Source of the DNA: Malacoraja senta
Taxonomy: Eukaryota
Direction: 5' to 3'
Assembly (NCBI GenBank): GCA_038087875.1
Contig: CM075988.1
Coordinates: 24,306,001 to 24,370,000 of the forward strand
Length of the DNA stretch: 64,000 bases
Shown: piece after piece, positions 48,100 through 61,101 of the stretch
How positions within the stretch are numbered: the first letter of the stretch is position 1
How the letters are laid out: every line of letters begins with the position of its first letter
The notes under the pieces: generated by a model
The model's input: the letters and a program-made list of their open reading frames with translations, nothing else
What the model was told of the DNA's origin: nothing
Database searches by the model: none
Position numbers and translations under genes: made by a program

Positions 48100-48327
48100 A
48101 AGCCCTGTCCCACGGTACGAGTACGAGTCTTCCCGGCAGATAAGCACGGGAAGACTCGCTAACAGCAGGTAAGCACGGGAAGACTCGTGAAGATTTTTCA
48201 ACATGATGAAAAATGCCCACGAGAGCCCCGAGTACCGACGAGCGGCCATTACCGTAAATCTCCAAGTTCGAATCAGGGCAAACTCGGGAGAGCTCTTGGA
48301 ATGAACTCGTACCGTGGGACGGGGCTT
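48100..48327. mobile_element. PIF/Harbinger-type MITE
   Basis: TIR AAGCCC(T/C)GTCCCACGGTACGAG; TSD TTA. Confidence 0.85.
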
Positions 48328-48571
48328 TTAAATGGTGGCTTTTAAATTTTGTGTAGGGTAGGATTTTATCACTTAAGCCTTTCAAACAGAGAGGCCGTAG
48401 ATATACTGCAGCATTGTTAAGTGACATTAACTGGAATTCTCTCCATTAGCAGAAGGAATGCATGTCACAAGCTGCTGTGTGTTAGTTATGCTTCTCTAAG
48501 TACTGTCTGCATAAGGGGATGATCATTAAACCACCGTGAATTGAACACGAGACTGATATTCACTGGTGCAC

Positions 48572-48895
48572 AGTGTGTAGGAAGGAACTGTAGATGCTGG
48601 TTTATGCCAAAGATAGACATAAAATGCTGGAGTAACTCAGCGGGACAGGCGGCATTTTCACCAAGCCCACATCCAGCAATGGCATGTTTTTTCTTTATCA
48701 TTGTAACTTTTTTTTTGCATATCTTTCATTCATTTGTTCTATCTCTCTCTATATCACCGTCTACATCTCTCATTTCCCTTTTTCCCCTAAATCTCAGTGT
48801 GAAGGAGGGTCTGAACCGGAAACGTCACCCATTCCTTTTCTCCAGAGATGCTGCCCGACCCGCTGAGTTACTCCAGCTTTTTGTGTCTATCTTCA
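48572..48895. mobile_element. Inverted Penelope-derived insertion
   Basis: Tailed reverse arm followed by a longer forward terminal repeat with a decayed hammerhead. Confidence 0.75.
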
Positions 48896-49860
48896 ATGAA
48901 ATTCTTACAGTGTACAGCTATGTACACTTGATGCTGGATAATGCTAATTCCCAGGGAGATCTGTGCCTGGAATGCCTGAAATAATTTTCGTGATCATTAA
49001 CAGATTGCAAGTGAAATCAAACGTGCGCAAATATTGCGTTAAAAACGTGCGACTCCAACCTTCAATGATATTAGTCACTCAGAATTGTCCAGAGAGACAC
49101 TGTGCTCATTCACATTCACATTTCTGCCTTTCATGTCCCTGCTTGTTGCCTCCACTTCAAATTATAAGTGAAGGGTGGGGTGAGCACATTTCTGCAGCTT
49201 TTAGTAATCTCTTCCTAAAGACACCCAGAGACAGTGAGTAATAACTTGCTCACCGCATGTACAAGTTGGGTGTGGGAGTGTGGTGCAATGCTCACCGTTT
49301 CTTCACCTGAATTCTGAAAGCAGTTATCTTTTTCAAACAGGCCCCAATGTGTGGGATAATGGAAACGCAATCATTATTGACTCTTGGATACACATTAGGT
49401 CAAAAAAGCAGAGACGCAGGAGACTGCACCCGTGAGAATCGTTGAGCGAAGAGCAAACCTCTGGAGCAACTGACTCACTGAGTTCCTCCAGCAGTTTGTT
49501 TTTAGTTCAAAAAGACAAGCAAGTCTTCACTGTTGACTGCTGTGAGCGGTGTGAAGGTATGTATGGATGCAGCCTCTAACTAGGGATTCTAATGATGGGT
49601 TTGGTTCAATGGCAAGGAGGATGAGGGGTGATCTTATAGAGGTGTGTAAAATCATGAGGAACACATTGGTTAGATGCACAGAGTCTCTTGCCCAGAGTTG
49701 GGGAATCGAGGACTAGAGGACATAGGTTCAAGGTGAGAGGGAAAAGAGTTAGTAGGAATCTGAGGTATAATCTTTTCACACAAAGGGTGGTGGGTCTATG
49801 GAACCAGAGGAGGTAGTTGAGGCAGGGACTATCCCAATGTTTAAGAAACAGTTAGACAGG

Positions 49861-50069
49861 TGTATGTAATAGAAATGGTATTACCTGCCTCCAAGTTAAA
49901 GGGGGAGGAGTGTTAGGTATGTGATATGATTAGCATATGTGATGTCTTGTGCAAGTACGCATGCGCAGGGAGAGACTCAAGGTGGCGTCCTGGAATACAG
50001 AAGCTTGTTAGTTTACTCCCGTGTCTGAGTGTTATTTTAAGTCTGTTCCAAGCACCCAAATACACAACA
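49861..50069 (+). mobile_element. Probable solo LTR inserted into a CR1 fragment (~49612-50180)
   Basis: ~205-bp insert with TG...CA ends interrupting GACAGG..GATAGGACAGG; possible ACAGG duplication; exact ends ambiguous. Confidence 0.5.
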
Positions 50070-51819
50070 GGATAGGACAGGTTTGGAGGGATTTGGACCA
50101 AACACAGGCAGGTGGGACATGTTGGCCGGTGTGGACATGTTGGGCCGAAGGGCCTGTTTCCACACTGTATCACTCTATGACTCCAGGACACACTTGTCCC
50201 TTTACCCCCTCCTAAAACCTGCCCGGACTGCTGTGGAGTGTTAGGCTGTGAAGTGGAATAATAATCAGCAACATTACGCAACAGAGAAAATACATTGGGA
50301 AGATATCTTGTCAAGGTGGGATTATTGGTAACATTGGATTCTTCTGGTTCGCTGTTGGGCTCATTGACATTCATACACTTCAACTCTCGGGCTCCGGGTC
50401 ACTTGCACTGTTGCTCTCTTGAGAATAAACCCATCAAATGCACAATAGTTTTGGGATTAAAGATGTTTTGTTTTCAAATTCTACATTATAGATGTTGCTT
50501 GAAAATCCTTTTGCAATAAAATGATTGGCATTGTACGCTATCTTGTCCATGGTCTGTCATTGACCAGTGAACAATATCCTGGGCCTGTAGCTGGATACAA
50601 TGCTGACCTATCCCATGGTGTTATACTGACATAGAATGTTAGTCTTTGCTGGGCCTGTGTATCATAGCACACTGCAGTCGTACCCCTGGCCCTACTTGAA
50701 GTACTGGCCTACCTGGACTTGTGATTCTGCATGACTCTCAGGTGTACTTTGCGCCTGTTTTTGGGTACAATATTGGTCTCTCTTGGACCGGTGTTTATGG
50801 GTGGAGAAATGAAGACAGACGCAAAATGTTGGGCTAACTCAGCGGGGCAGGCAGTATCTCTGGATAGAAGGAATCGGTGACGTTTCAGGTCGAGCCACTT
50901 CTTCAGACTGAAGGAACTTCTGCAGTTCCTTCCTATTACATTGGGTAGAGAAATGATCTATATTTGGCCTGTGTCCACTGGTATGAAACTGGCTTACATG
51001 GTTGCATGAGTAATGCTAATCTTTCCTGAGACTGTGTTTACAAGTACAGCACCAGCCCATTCTGGGGACAGTGGTGAGCTATCTTGGGTCTAGGTACCTG
51101 AGTTTGGTGTTGGTCGACCCTGTCTCTGTTTGTGTGAGGATTGCACGAGCCTGCTTTGGGCCTGTATGCATGCGTATTGCATGGAGCACCTCTGCACTTG
51201 CGTCCAACCCCTGGGCTTCCATGGACTAGTGTATATATTGGTACATTACTGGTCCATCCAGCACCTGTGATTTCGGGTTTGTGTTTTGGGGTAGAATCCA
51301 CAAATGGGGAAAATCTGCAAAAATATCTAAGGATATTAAATGTGTGGATGGAGTCCATGATGTTGGAATGAATTGCGGGAGAAGAGAGCCTGGAATGCTG
51401 GGGCTGAATTTCAATGTGTGTTATAGTCTGTTGTGACTTGCCACTGCTGCAATTAACTGCATCATGTTAGCCTCCCTCGGGTGGATGTCCTTGTCAATTT
51501 CAGTGTTAATTACACAATTACAACAATATTAACATGGCTTGTAAATTTATATCGCGGTTTATGGGATTCTCAGACTTCCTTGAATTCCCCTGGTCTCTCC
51601 TCACATCTGCAGTTGGTCTGGCAGATATGCAACTCAAGGCCCATGGCAATGTGGCTCTACCCAAAGCCACGAGGAATGTGCAATAAATGGCAACCATCCT
51701 GGTGACTCCTACATTCCCTGAAACAAAAAAACATGTACAAAAGTTCCAAAGAATCAAACCTTCATAGGTTTGCGGGCATACTGTGACTGGACGGCGCAGA
51801 CTCGGTGGTGCATTGCTAA

Positions 51820-52125
51820 AGGGCGGCACGGTGGCGCAGTGGTAGAGTTGCTGCCTTACAGCGCCAGAGACTTGGGTTTGATCCTGACTACGGGTGCTGT
51901 CTGTACGGAGATTGGATGTTCTCCCTGTGTCCGTGTGGGTTTTCCCCGGGTGCTCCAGTTTCCACCCACACTCTAAAGACGTACAGGTTTGTAGGTTAGT
52001 TGGCGTTGGTAAAGTTTGTAAATTGTCCCTAGTGTGTCGGATAGTCCAAGTATATGGGGATCGCTAGTCGGCACGGACTCGGTGGGCCGAAGGGCCTCTT
52101 TTGGGGCGGTATCTCTAAGCTAAAC
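51820..52125 (+). mobile_element. HE1-type V-SINE
   Basis: Full head, core and tail. Confidence 0.9.
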
Positions 52126-52456
52126 AAAAAAAAAGTTAGTGAGTTTGTTATTAGAGAATCTAGAGGTTATGGAGTCAATAGTCAAGTGTTTTATTGTCAT
52201 ATGTCCCAAAGTGGAACAATGACATTCTTACTTGCAGCAATGAACATAGAACTCTGTAAACAATAATACTTTGTGAGCAATGTTCGAGAGGGAAGCAATT
52301 ATTCTGCCGCCTCAAAACAACTGCATTTTGAAGTAATTGTAAGGCCACTGGCTTGTACTAAATTCATGCAGTTTGGGCAGGATTTCATGCTTCACATCGA
52401 TGGGCTGGGTTTACGTATTGCATCCAATATACAGCATAGAAGATAGTACAGAGGAT

Positions 52457-52752
52457 AGATAGACACAAAATACTGGAGTAACTCAGCGGGACAGGCAGCA
52501 TCTCTGGAGAGAAGGATTGGGTGATGTTTCAGGTCGAGACATCTTCTTCAAAGTCTGGAGAGAAGGAATGGGTGACGTTTCGGGTCGAGACCCTTCTTCA
52601 GATGCTGCCTGACCCAAAGGGGTCTGAAGAAGGGTCTCGACCCGAAACGTCACCTATTCCTTCTCTCCAGAGATGCTGCCTGACCCGCTGAGTTATTCCA
52701 GCATTTTGTGTCTATCTTCGGATTAAACCGGCATCTGCAGTTCCTTCCTACA
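52457..52752. mobile_element. Penelope-derived cluster: two tandem minus-strand copies facing one plus-strand copy
   Basis: Three hammerhead-type cores; one tailed arm. Confidence 0.85.
52620..52655 (+). ncRNA. Minimal type I hammerhead ribozyme motif
   Basis: GGGU-CUGAAGA-A-GGGU-CUCG-ACCC-GAAA-CG-UC^ACCU: 4-bp stem I, 4-bp stem II, palindromic ACGU in place of stem III; predicted cleavage after C52651. Confidence 0.65.
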
Positions 52753-54154
52753 TAGAACAGTACAGTACAGGGCCAGGGCCTTCAGCCCACAATGTCTGTG
52801 CTGAATATGTTGCCAAGATAAGCTAATCATCACCTGCACATGATAAATATCCCTCCATTTCCTGCACATCCATGCGTCTCTCTGCCTCCACCATCACCCC
52901 TGGCAAGTTACGAAGGTGGCTAAGGACAGGTTTATAGAGAGAAACTACTCTAGGCATGGCTGTTAGTTCCTGCATTTCATTCGGAGCTGAAACATTAATG
53001 ATCAGCCCAAAAATGCACACAGGTTTTTTGATTTACGTCTGAAATAGTTTCGTAGAATTTATCACCCAAAGAGGACCGTACTTTAACTTCAACATAAACA
53101 TTGTAAGATCAGAAAATAAAAATGCACATGTAAATGGGTGGTGAGTTTCAGTACGCATTGTACACTGTTCTGTGGACAACTATCAAGTGTAAAAATAGTT
53201 TTTAAATCATTTGGAGAAAAAATATTTGTTATTAATTTTTAGTAAAAGTATCACATTGATCCCTTGACAAAGTGGCTGTTCCAGACATAATGGAAACTGA
53301 GAGTTAGGTATAGCTCTTAGGGCTAATGGAATCAAGGGATATGTGGAGAAAGCAGGAACGGGGTACTGATTTTGGATGGTCAGCCATGATCACATTGAAT
53401 GGCGGTGCTGACTCGAAGGGCCGAATGGTCTACTCCTGCACCTATTGTCCATGTTTCTATGTTTCATACACACACAGTATAGTTGGACAGAGGATGGAGG
53501 GTGGATGACAATCCTCAGCACTGGTGCTCTGCAAGGATGCGTTCCCAGCTCCCTTCCTTACTCCTTGTACACCCACGACTGTGCAGCCAAGTACAAATCC
53601 AGCTCCATTTACATGTGTCTATTAATATTGTCTACAATTATAGTCATAAAGTCACACAGCATGGAAACAGGCCCTTCTCCCCAAGTGGTTAACAGTGACC
53701 AAGTTGCTCCATGTCCACTAGACCCACCTGCCTGCGTTTGCCCCCTTCTTTACTCCTTGTACACCCACGACTGTGAAGCCAAATACAAATCCCACCCGAT
53801 TTACAAATTCATGAACAACACCGCCATAGTGGGCCAAATTTTCATTTTCATCTATTCCCGTGTTATTCCAAGTGATCACTTTCTAATTTTCACACACCCA
53901 TACAAATCACACCCTCACATTCACACACTCACAATTACTTTCACATAATCACATACTCACACAATGCATATTCACATTGATGCATACATACTCAAGGCAT
54001 GCATTGACCTTCACATATTCACACACTACATGCATTAATTTTCACTCATTCGCTCGCTTGCAGATCACGCCATATTTCCCCATTTTCACACACTGCCCAC
54101 ACGCAGGTTCACACAACCTGCACACAGCACAATAGTACAGAACCCAGAATTAGT

Positions 54155-54570
54155 CTATTCGGCCCATCAAGTCTACCACACCATTCAATCATGGCTGATC
54201 TATCTTTCCCTCCTAACCCCATTCTCCTGCCTTCTCCCCATAACCCCTGACACCCGCACTAATCAAGAATCTATCTGTCTCTGTCTTAAAAATAACCATT
54301 GACGGCCTTCACAGCCTTCTGTGGAAATGAATTCCACCCTCTGACTAAAGAAATGCCTCCTCATCTCCTTCCTAAAGGAACGTCCTTTAATTCTGAGGCT
54401 ATGACCTCTGGTTTCAGACTTTCCCACTAGTGGAAACATCCTCTCCACATCCACTCTATCCAAGCCTTTCACTATTCGGTGAGTTTCAATGAGGTCCCCT
54501 CATCATCCTTCCAAACTCCAGCGTGTAGAAGCCCAGTGCCTTTAAACGCTCATCATGTGCTAACCAAGTC
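54155..54570 (-). mobile_element. CR1 3' fragment
   Basis: KGLDRVDVERMFPLVGKSETRGHSL. Confidence 0.85.
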
Positions 54571-55430
54571 GTTCACACATGCAGGGAAAACTTATTATCT
54601 CAGACACATGCTGCCCACAGACTCATGTTCAGACAATTAACATTTTGCACTCATTTGTACAAGGCAATACAAATTTACAGAATGTACACTTTACAAGTCA
54701 CACATGCATAAACCAATACACTTGACACTTAGGTAACCCACCTATTTATATATTCTTTATATTATTATATATTATTTATATAACTGCACAGGATGGTGGT
54801 GAGAAGTCTAATTTCAAATCTAGTCAAATTAAAAAGATTGAGAATATGTGATTAGATATTTTGCACAGCCCAACATATCCTCACATCGGAAAGTCAGAGG
54901 TCCTTCGAGAACCAGAGGACATACTGTACAGTAGGTTTAAGATGATGGGGCAAGATTTAGTAGAAACCTAAGGGGTAATTTTTTCACACAAAAGGTGGTG
55001 GGTGTATGGAACGAGCTGCTGGAGGAGGTAGCTGAGGCAGGGACTATTGCAACTTTTAAGAAACATTAAGACAGGTACATGGATAGGACAGGTTTAGAGA
55101 GATTTGGACCAAACACAAACAGGTGGGACGAGTGTAGCTGGGACATGTTGGTCGATGTGGGCAAGTTGGGCTGAAGGACGTGTTTCCACGCTGTACCACT
55201 CTGTGACTATATTTGCATATTCTCTTCACTGTATATAGGAAGAATCAGGATGTGTGTTGAAAATTATGTAAGTACCTCTTCTTCTCCTTTCATGTCCATC
55301 TTCCATGTTTCAAATGTTGACATCACTGTCATCGGCCATCCTGAAAAGGACGCAAGCTTCCGGAGACAATCAGTGGGAGCCATCACTTGTTGCAATAGGT
55401 GATGGTGGTAGCAGAATTAGCTCGGGACAC

Positions 55431-55716
55431 TGTGTTTAAGAAGGAACTGCAGATGTTGGAAAATCGAAGGTAGACAAAAGTGCTGGAGAAACTCAGCGGG
55501 TGCAGCAGCATCTATGGGGCGAAGGAAATAGGCAACGTTTCGGGTCGAAACCCTTCTTCAGACTGATGGAGGGTGGGTGGGCGGGGATAAGAAAGGAAAA
55601 AGGAAGAGGAGGAGCCCGGGGGCTGAGGGAGAGCTGAGAAGGGGAGGAGACAGCAAAGGCTACCGGAAATTGGAGAATTCAATGTTTATGCCGCTAGGGT
55701 GCAGACTGCCCAAGCT
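55431..55716 (-). mobile_element. Penelope-like 3' end with tail, hammerhead motif and end of the GIY-YIG ORF
   Basis: Reverse of CTGAAGAAGGGTTTCGACCCGAAACGTT; GGAGAATTCAATGTTTATGCCG matches the end of the ORF in 31040-31580. Confidence 0.8.
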
Positions 55717-56749
55717 GCACCTCATATTCCGATTTTTATGATTCAAGAGAGTTTATTGTCATGTGTCCCTGATAGGACAATGAAATTCTTGCTTTGCTTC
55801 CGCACAACAGAACATAGTAGGCATTGACTACAGAACAGATCAATGTGTCCATATACCATTATATACAGTAAATATATACACACATGAATAAATAAACTGA
55901 TAAAGTGCAAATAACAGATAATGGGCTATTTTACTTCGGAGTCACGTGAGTGACTACGTGAAGAAGACCCGTCAGGGTGCATGCGCGTCATTACGTCTGA
56001 CGCATTGGCGCGAACGGCAGCAGGAGGACGGAGCTCCTCCTGCAGGTGAGTAGTTACAGCTCCACCAAAGTCGGGGAGACTTTGGAGGAGTTAGAAAAAA
56101 GTAGACAACTTGTTGCTGTATTTTTTCCCCCCATAATGCAGGAACAAGTAAAAAATCATCAAGGTGCAGGCCTGCTACGGACAAGGAGAGAGAGAGCTGC
56201 GGGAGCGCAGTCTCTGAAAGGCAGCCTGTCACCTCTGTGGAGTTGCAAGCCGGTAGCGGTGCGGCGACAGACTTGGCAAAGTGCCCAGCCGGGTACACAG
56301 CCAACGCCAGTTGGGCGTTATGCATAAGCCAAGTCTGTCAGGCCCATTGACTCCGCAGAGTCGGGCCAGGAGAGTCCCGTCGGGGACAGGATACCGTGAC
56401 CCAGCGGTTATCCAAAAGGAGCAGCGCATACAGGGGCTGCTCCACAAAGCCACACTCCAGAAGGAGTAGTGCAGGCGGGAGGCCGTGGGGACGGCTCCGC
56501 CGGCAGTGCCTAGGAGAGGCCTGCTTCACAAAGCCACACTCCAGGAGGAGTTGTGCAGGTGGGAGGCCGTCGGGAAGGCTCCGCCGGCAGTGCCTAGTAG
56601 AGGCCTGCTTGAAAGCACCCTCTTTGCAAGAGGTGAGTGCAGAAGGGCAGATACGCTCTGACCCTGAGTCCGACGACGACTTCCAAAGGGAGGGCATGCA
56701 GCGGTCAGAGCTGACACCGTGTGCAGCACGGTTTGCCATGTCGTTTTAA

Positions 56750-58130
56750 GATGGAAACGTTTGAGGAGATCTTAAAGATGCGGATTCAGGGTCTGTTCAT
56801 TTGCAGGATAGAAGATTTAAAATTCAGCTGGATGGGGCAATTATGGCAATACAATGCACTGCCTAATCGTTTGTCTTCAGCTCCTAGAGGAAACCTATTC
56901 TAGGCATGATAAGAAGTCAAGGGCAGGTGCTCATGGCTTAACTAGATAATATCTTGATTGTAGGACAATCAAAGGAAACAGCTGAAGCATCAGTGGCAAT
57001 TGGTAAAAACCACTTTTTAAAAATTGGGCTTCATAAGCTATCCAGAGAAATCTAAATTAATACCTGTGACACAAATTGACTAGTTGGGTTCACAATAGAC
57101 TTAATCAACATGACTGTGACCTTGCCCAGGCAAAAAAGGTAGAGCTAATTAAGAGTTGTATCAAGTTAATTGCTGACACACAGCCTTCAATTAGCCAGGT
57201 GATGAGTCTGCTGGGGAAATTGCTGGCAGCATTTCCAGCAGTTCAATAGTGGCCACTTTATTATCTACAATTACAAAGGTCAAAGGAACAAGCACTGAGG
57301 ATACATTGGGGTCATTATAATATACCTATGCTTCTATCAATAGAGGCTGTTGCTGATGTACAATGGTGGATTCAGCATGTGTCCACTAGTAGTTCCAAAG
57401 TGTTATTGGACCAAGCTTCCATGATTTTGCAGACAGATGTCAGAGCACTTGGGTAGGGTGCTACTGATACAAGATCCAGCTGTGGAGACAGGTGAACATT
57501 GCTTCTGCAAACATGGGGAATTAACCAAGAGTATTTTATGGACTCAAGGCTTATGGCACTAACAAAACTAGTTTGCATGTGCAGTGCCAAATAGACAACA
57601 CTACAGCAGTTGCTTATATGAATCACATGGGTAGAATTAAATCGTTATCATGTGACAGGTTGGCAAATAAAATTGGACCTGGAGTATGGATATTTGGATT
57701 GGAGCTATCTGCCAGGGAAACTTAATGTAGTACCAGATGGCAGCTCACGGAAATTCCGTGATAATACAGAGTGCATGTTGAACCAAGGATGTGTTCAAGA
57801 ACATAGTACTTCTATATGGAAGGCCAAAATATGTTTCATGGGCACCAGATCCAGGGGCAGTGGCAATTGATGCTTTTTCACTAAATTGGGATGATATGTT
57901 TGTGTACATTTTCCCACCATTCTGCCTCATAGCTTGGTGTGTGAGAAAATCAGGGGTTTTGGTGAGACCAAATTGCCCGATTCAACCATGGTTCCCTTTG
58001 ATGTTACAGATAGCGATCCAACCTCCTTTTGCTGATTCCAAACAGTAGGAATTTGCTGGAGCATCCAGTAACGCGTTAAGTTCATCCGTTATGTGATCGT
58101 ATTGATCGGTTAATTTGCAGGTTTTTAAGA
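56750..58130 (+). pseudogene. DIRS RT / RNase H / methyltransferase-like remnant
   Basis: A*LDNIL (decayed YLDD), QTDVRALG*GA, IDNTTAVAYMNHMG, YLPGKLNVVPD, DAFSLNW..YIFPPF; many stops and frameshifts. Confidence 0.85.
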
Positions 58131-58149
58131 ATGCCTTACATTGGTCGAG

Positions 58150-59086
58150 GACTTTCTAGGCCAACGGTGGATATACTCACTGCATCCTGGAGAAAGAGTA
58201 CTCAAAAGCAGTATATGACATGTAAAAAAACGGGAACAATATTGTGTTCAAAAGAATATTCAATATGATACTGTAGTTATTGAAAAAGTGTTAGAGTTTA
58301 TCTACACTTTATTATGATGAGGGTCTTAGCTATAGCTAGAAGTGCGTTGTCGGCATATCTTGTAATAGGTACACGGACACGAAGTATAGGTTCTCACCCT
58401 CTCATATCTAGGTTGATGAAAGGAATCTTTAATTCCAAACCGCCTAAGCCTAGGTATATGGTAATCTGCGATGTAAGCATTGTTCTTAATGTGCTTCATC
58501 ATTGGGTCCCTGCCACGTCTATAACGTTGTTAAAATTAACCATGAAATTGGCTATGCTAATGGCATTGGTGTCAGTACAGAGAGTGCAGACTTTGCAAAA
58601 ACTTCAGTTAGATAGAATGGAAGTGACGACAGAGAATGTTCTGTTTTATATTTATGACCTGCTCAAACAAAGCAGGCCAGGTGTGACAGGATTTAAGATT
58701 GTGTTCTCAGCATATCCTACAGCTCCATCTTTATGTGTAAGGACACATTTCTTACATTACATTGAAGCCACAAGGGCTTTAAGACAAGAAGAAACAGGAT
58801 TATTTGTGTTACAAGAAGCCAACATAAAAGAGTGGCAGTTCAGACTATCTCAACGTGGTTAAAGCAAGAGTTGGTTCAGGCAGGAATTAACATTTATGTG
58901 TTTACATCTCATTCCACTAGCGCAGTAGCAACATCCGCGGCCAGGGCGATGGACGTTCCCATCGACCATATATTAAAAGCCGCAGGTTGGAAAAATGAAC
59001 TTGTGTTTCAGCAATACTACCATCGGCCGATTGCCAATGGAGGGCTGTTTGCCCACTCAATATTGAGTGCTGTTGCTATTGTTTAA
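58150..59086 (+). pseudogene. DIRS tyrosine recombinase remnant
   Basis: ARSALS, KLAMLMALVSVQRVQTL, HSTS (for HSTR), AAGW..FQQYY; frameshift near 58810. Confidence 0.88.
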
Positions 59087-60190
59087 AGTCTGTTTTCAAT
59101 ACTGTTTAATTCTGTTTTGTTTGTTGCCCCTAAATTAAGAGGGTTTATTGGTTGTTTTATGACCAAAAATAAAACTGTTTTGGTTTTGCATGATATGCAA
59201 TGTCATGTTTACAGCATTATTGATGATACTCAGAGTCAATCGATGCAGTGAGAAGCCGGGATTTTGATCTGCGGCATAAAAATCACAGAGCTTTAAAATC
59301 TTCACGTAGTCACTCACGTGACTCTGAAGTAAAATAGTAAGATTAAACGAGAACTTACCAGTTTGAAGTTTGATCTTTATTTTATGAGGAGTTACGTTGG
59401 TGATTACGTGCCCGCCACGCCCAACCCTCTCTCATAGAAAAAAGGTCATAATGGTAGTTCTCATGTTTCTCATCTTAATATGTTACTTCAATTATTGTGT
59501 TGACTGCGATTTCATACCGCTGCTTTGAAGATTGACGCGCATGCGCCCTGACGGGTCTTCTTCACGTAATCACCAACGTAACTCCTCATAAAATAAAGAT
59601 CAAACTTCAAACTGGTAAGTTCTCGTTTAATCTTACTATTAATGTTCAGAGTTTTGTCCGAGCCAAGTTTAATAGCCTGATGGCTGTGGGGAAGTAGCTA
59701 TTCCTGAACTTGGTCGTTGCGGTCTTCAGGCTCCTGTACCTTCTACCTGAAGCACAGGAGCATACTCAGAGGCGATGTTCGTTCACTGAGTGTGCGCCGT
59801 GAGTGTGTCGTTCACTGAGTGTGCATCGCGAGTGTGGCAGAGCATATGATTGTTGCCTCTGCACAATCAGCGGAGGCACTGAATAATCAGTGGTGATCAG
59901 CGTGAGCAGTGACTAATCACCGTGGACGTTGTAATCACTGCAGGCATCCACTAATCACCGCGGAGGATGAATAATCAGCAGAGACTGAGTGATGTCATCA
60001 GGATGCCTTTGAATTACTGTAATGAGCCATTCAATTGTGGTGTGGAGTTAATACAGAATCAGCGGGGACTCACTGCACAGCGGCTGCTGCTGCTGCTGAT
60101 GTGATTCTTGACTGAGAAGAAAAAAACACTTCAGTGTGATCTCTGCTGGAGGGCAGAAGGTAACCTGTAGGAGTGAAGAGCACCCCTTCC

Positions 60191-60228
<38 letters not shown>

Positions 60229-60664
60229 GGGGTGGGACAATGGATCAGCGATGTATCAGTGATCTGTGATCCACAGACCGAGCCACAGCTCCCTGTGTCT
60301 CCCTGTCAGCGAGGAGGGTCATGGAAAGAGTTAACTGTGAGGTCGGGCTATTTAGATTAAAATGATTGCATTCTGTGCCTGTGGGGTCACTGGATAAATC
60401 TCGATCGCCGTGATCTGAAAGCAAATTGAAATCTCTCCTCACTTTGCCTTGACTCAGCTTGACACTTGTTTATATTTTACCTTGCTGTCAGACTCATCAG
60501 CGTCGATTTGTCCACTGTCCCTGCAGAATTATCCAGTCCCACAATTTCAAGCAGTGGAATTAATTGTGGGTGTGGTCTCCACATGCAACTGGGAATGCTG
60601 ATTTTGTTTTTATAATAAAGCAGCCTTCCTTTTGGAAGCTCCCACCGCAGAGTGCCATTATCAT

Positions 60665-60864
60665 GAACACACATATATACAGACACACATAAACACACAC
60701 ACACACACATACACACACACATAAACACACACACACACACATACACACACACATAAACACACACACACACACACATATATACAGACACACATAAACACAC
60801 ACACACACACATACACACACACATATACACACACATACACACACACACATAAATACACACACAT

Positions 60865-60895
<31 letters not shown>

Positions 60896-61070
60896 TACAC
60901 ACACACACATAGACACACACACACACACATATACACACACATACACACACACATACACACACACATAAATACACACACACATAAACACACACACACACAC
61001 ACATACACATACACACATATACACACACATACACACACACATAAATACACACACATACACACACACATAA

Positions 61071-61101
<31 letters not shown>

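Larger units (their letters stand above)
55926..59640 (+). mobile_element. DIRS-type tyrosine-recombinase retrotransposon with defective ORFs, inserted into an antisense Rex-like tail
   Basis: Inverted terminal repeats 55955-55990 and 59533-59568; ICR 59299-59410 complementary to both ends; RT, RNase H, MT and YR remnants. Confidence 0.92.

Noticed and set aside
56435..56612. ~83-bp tandem duplication as a separate element
   Set aside because: It is an internal duplication within the decayed DIRS 5' region
60481..60520. Minus-strand 40-nt exon-like segment (DSGQIDADESDSK)
   Set aside because: Weak acceptor, opposite strand to the best exon, and no partner exons found
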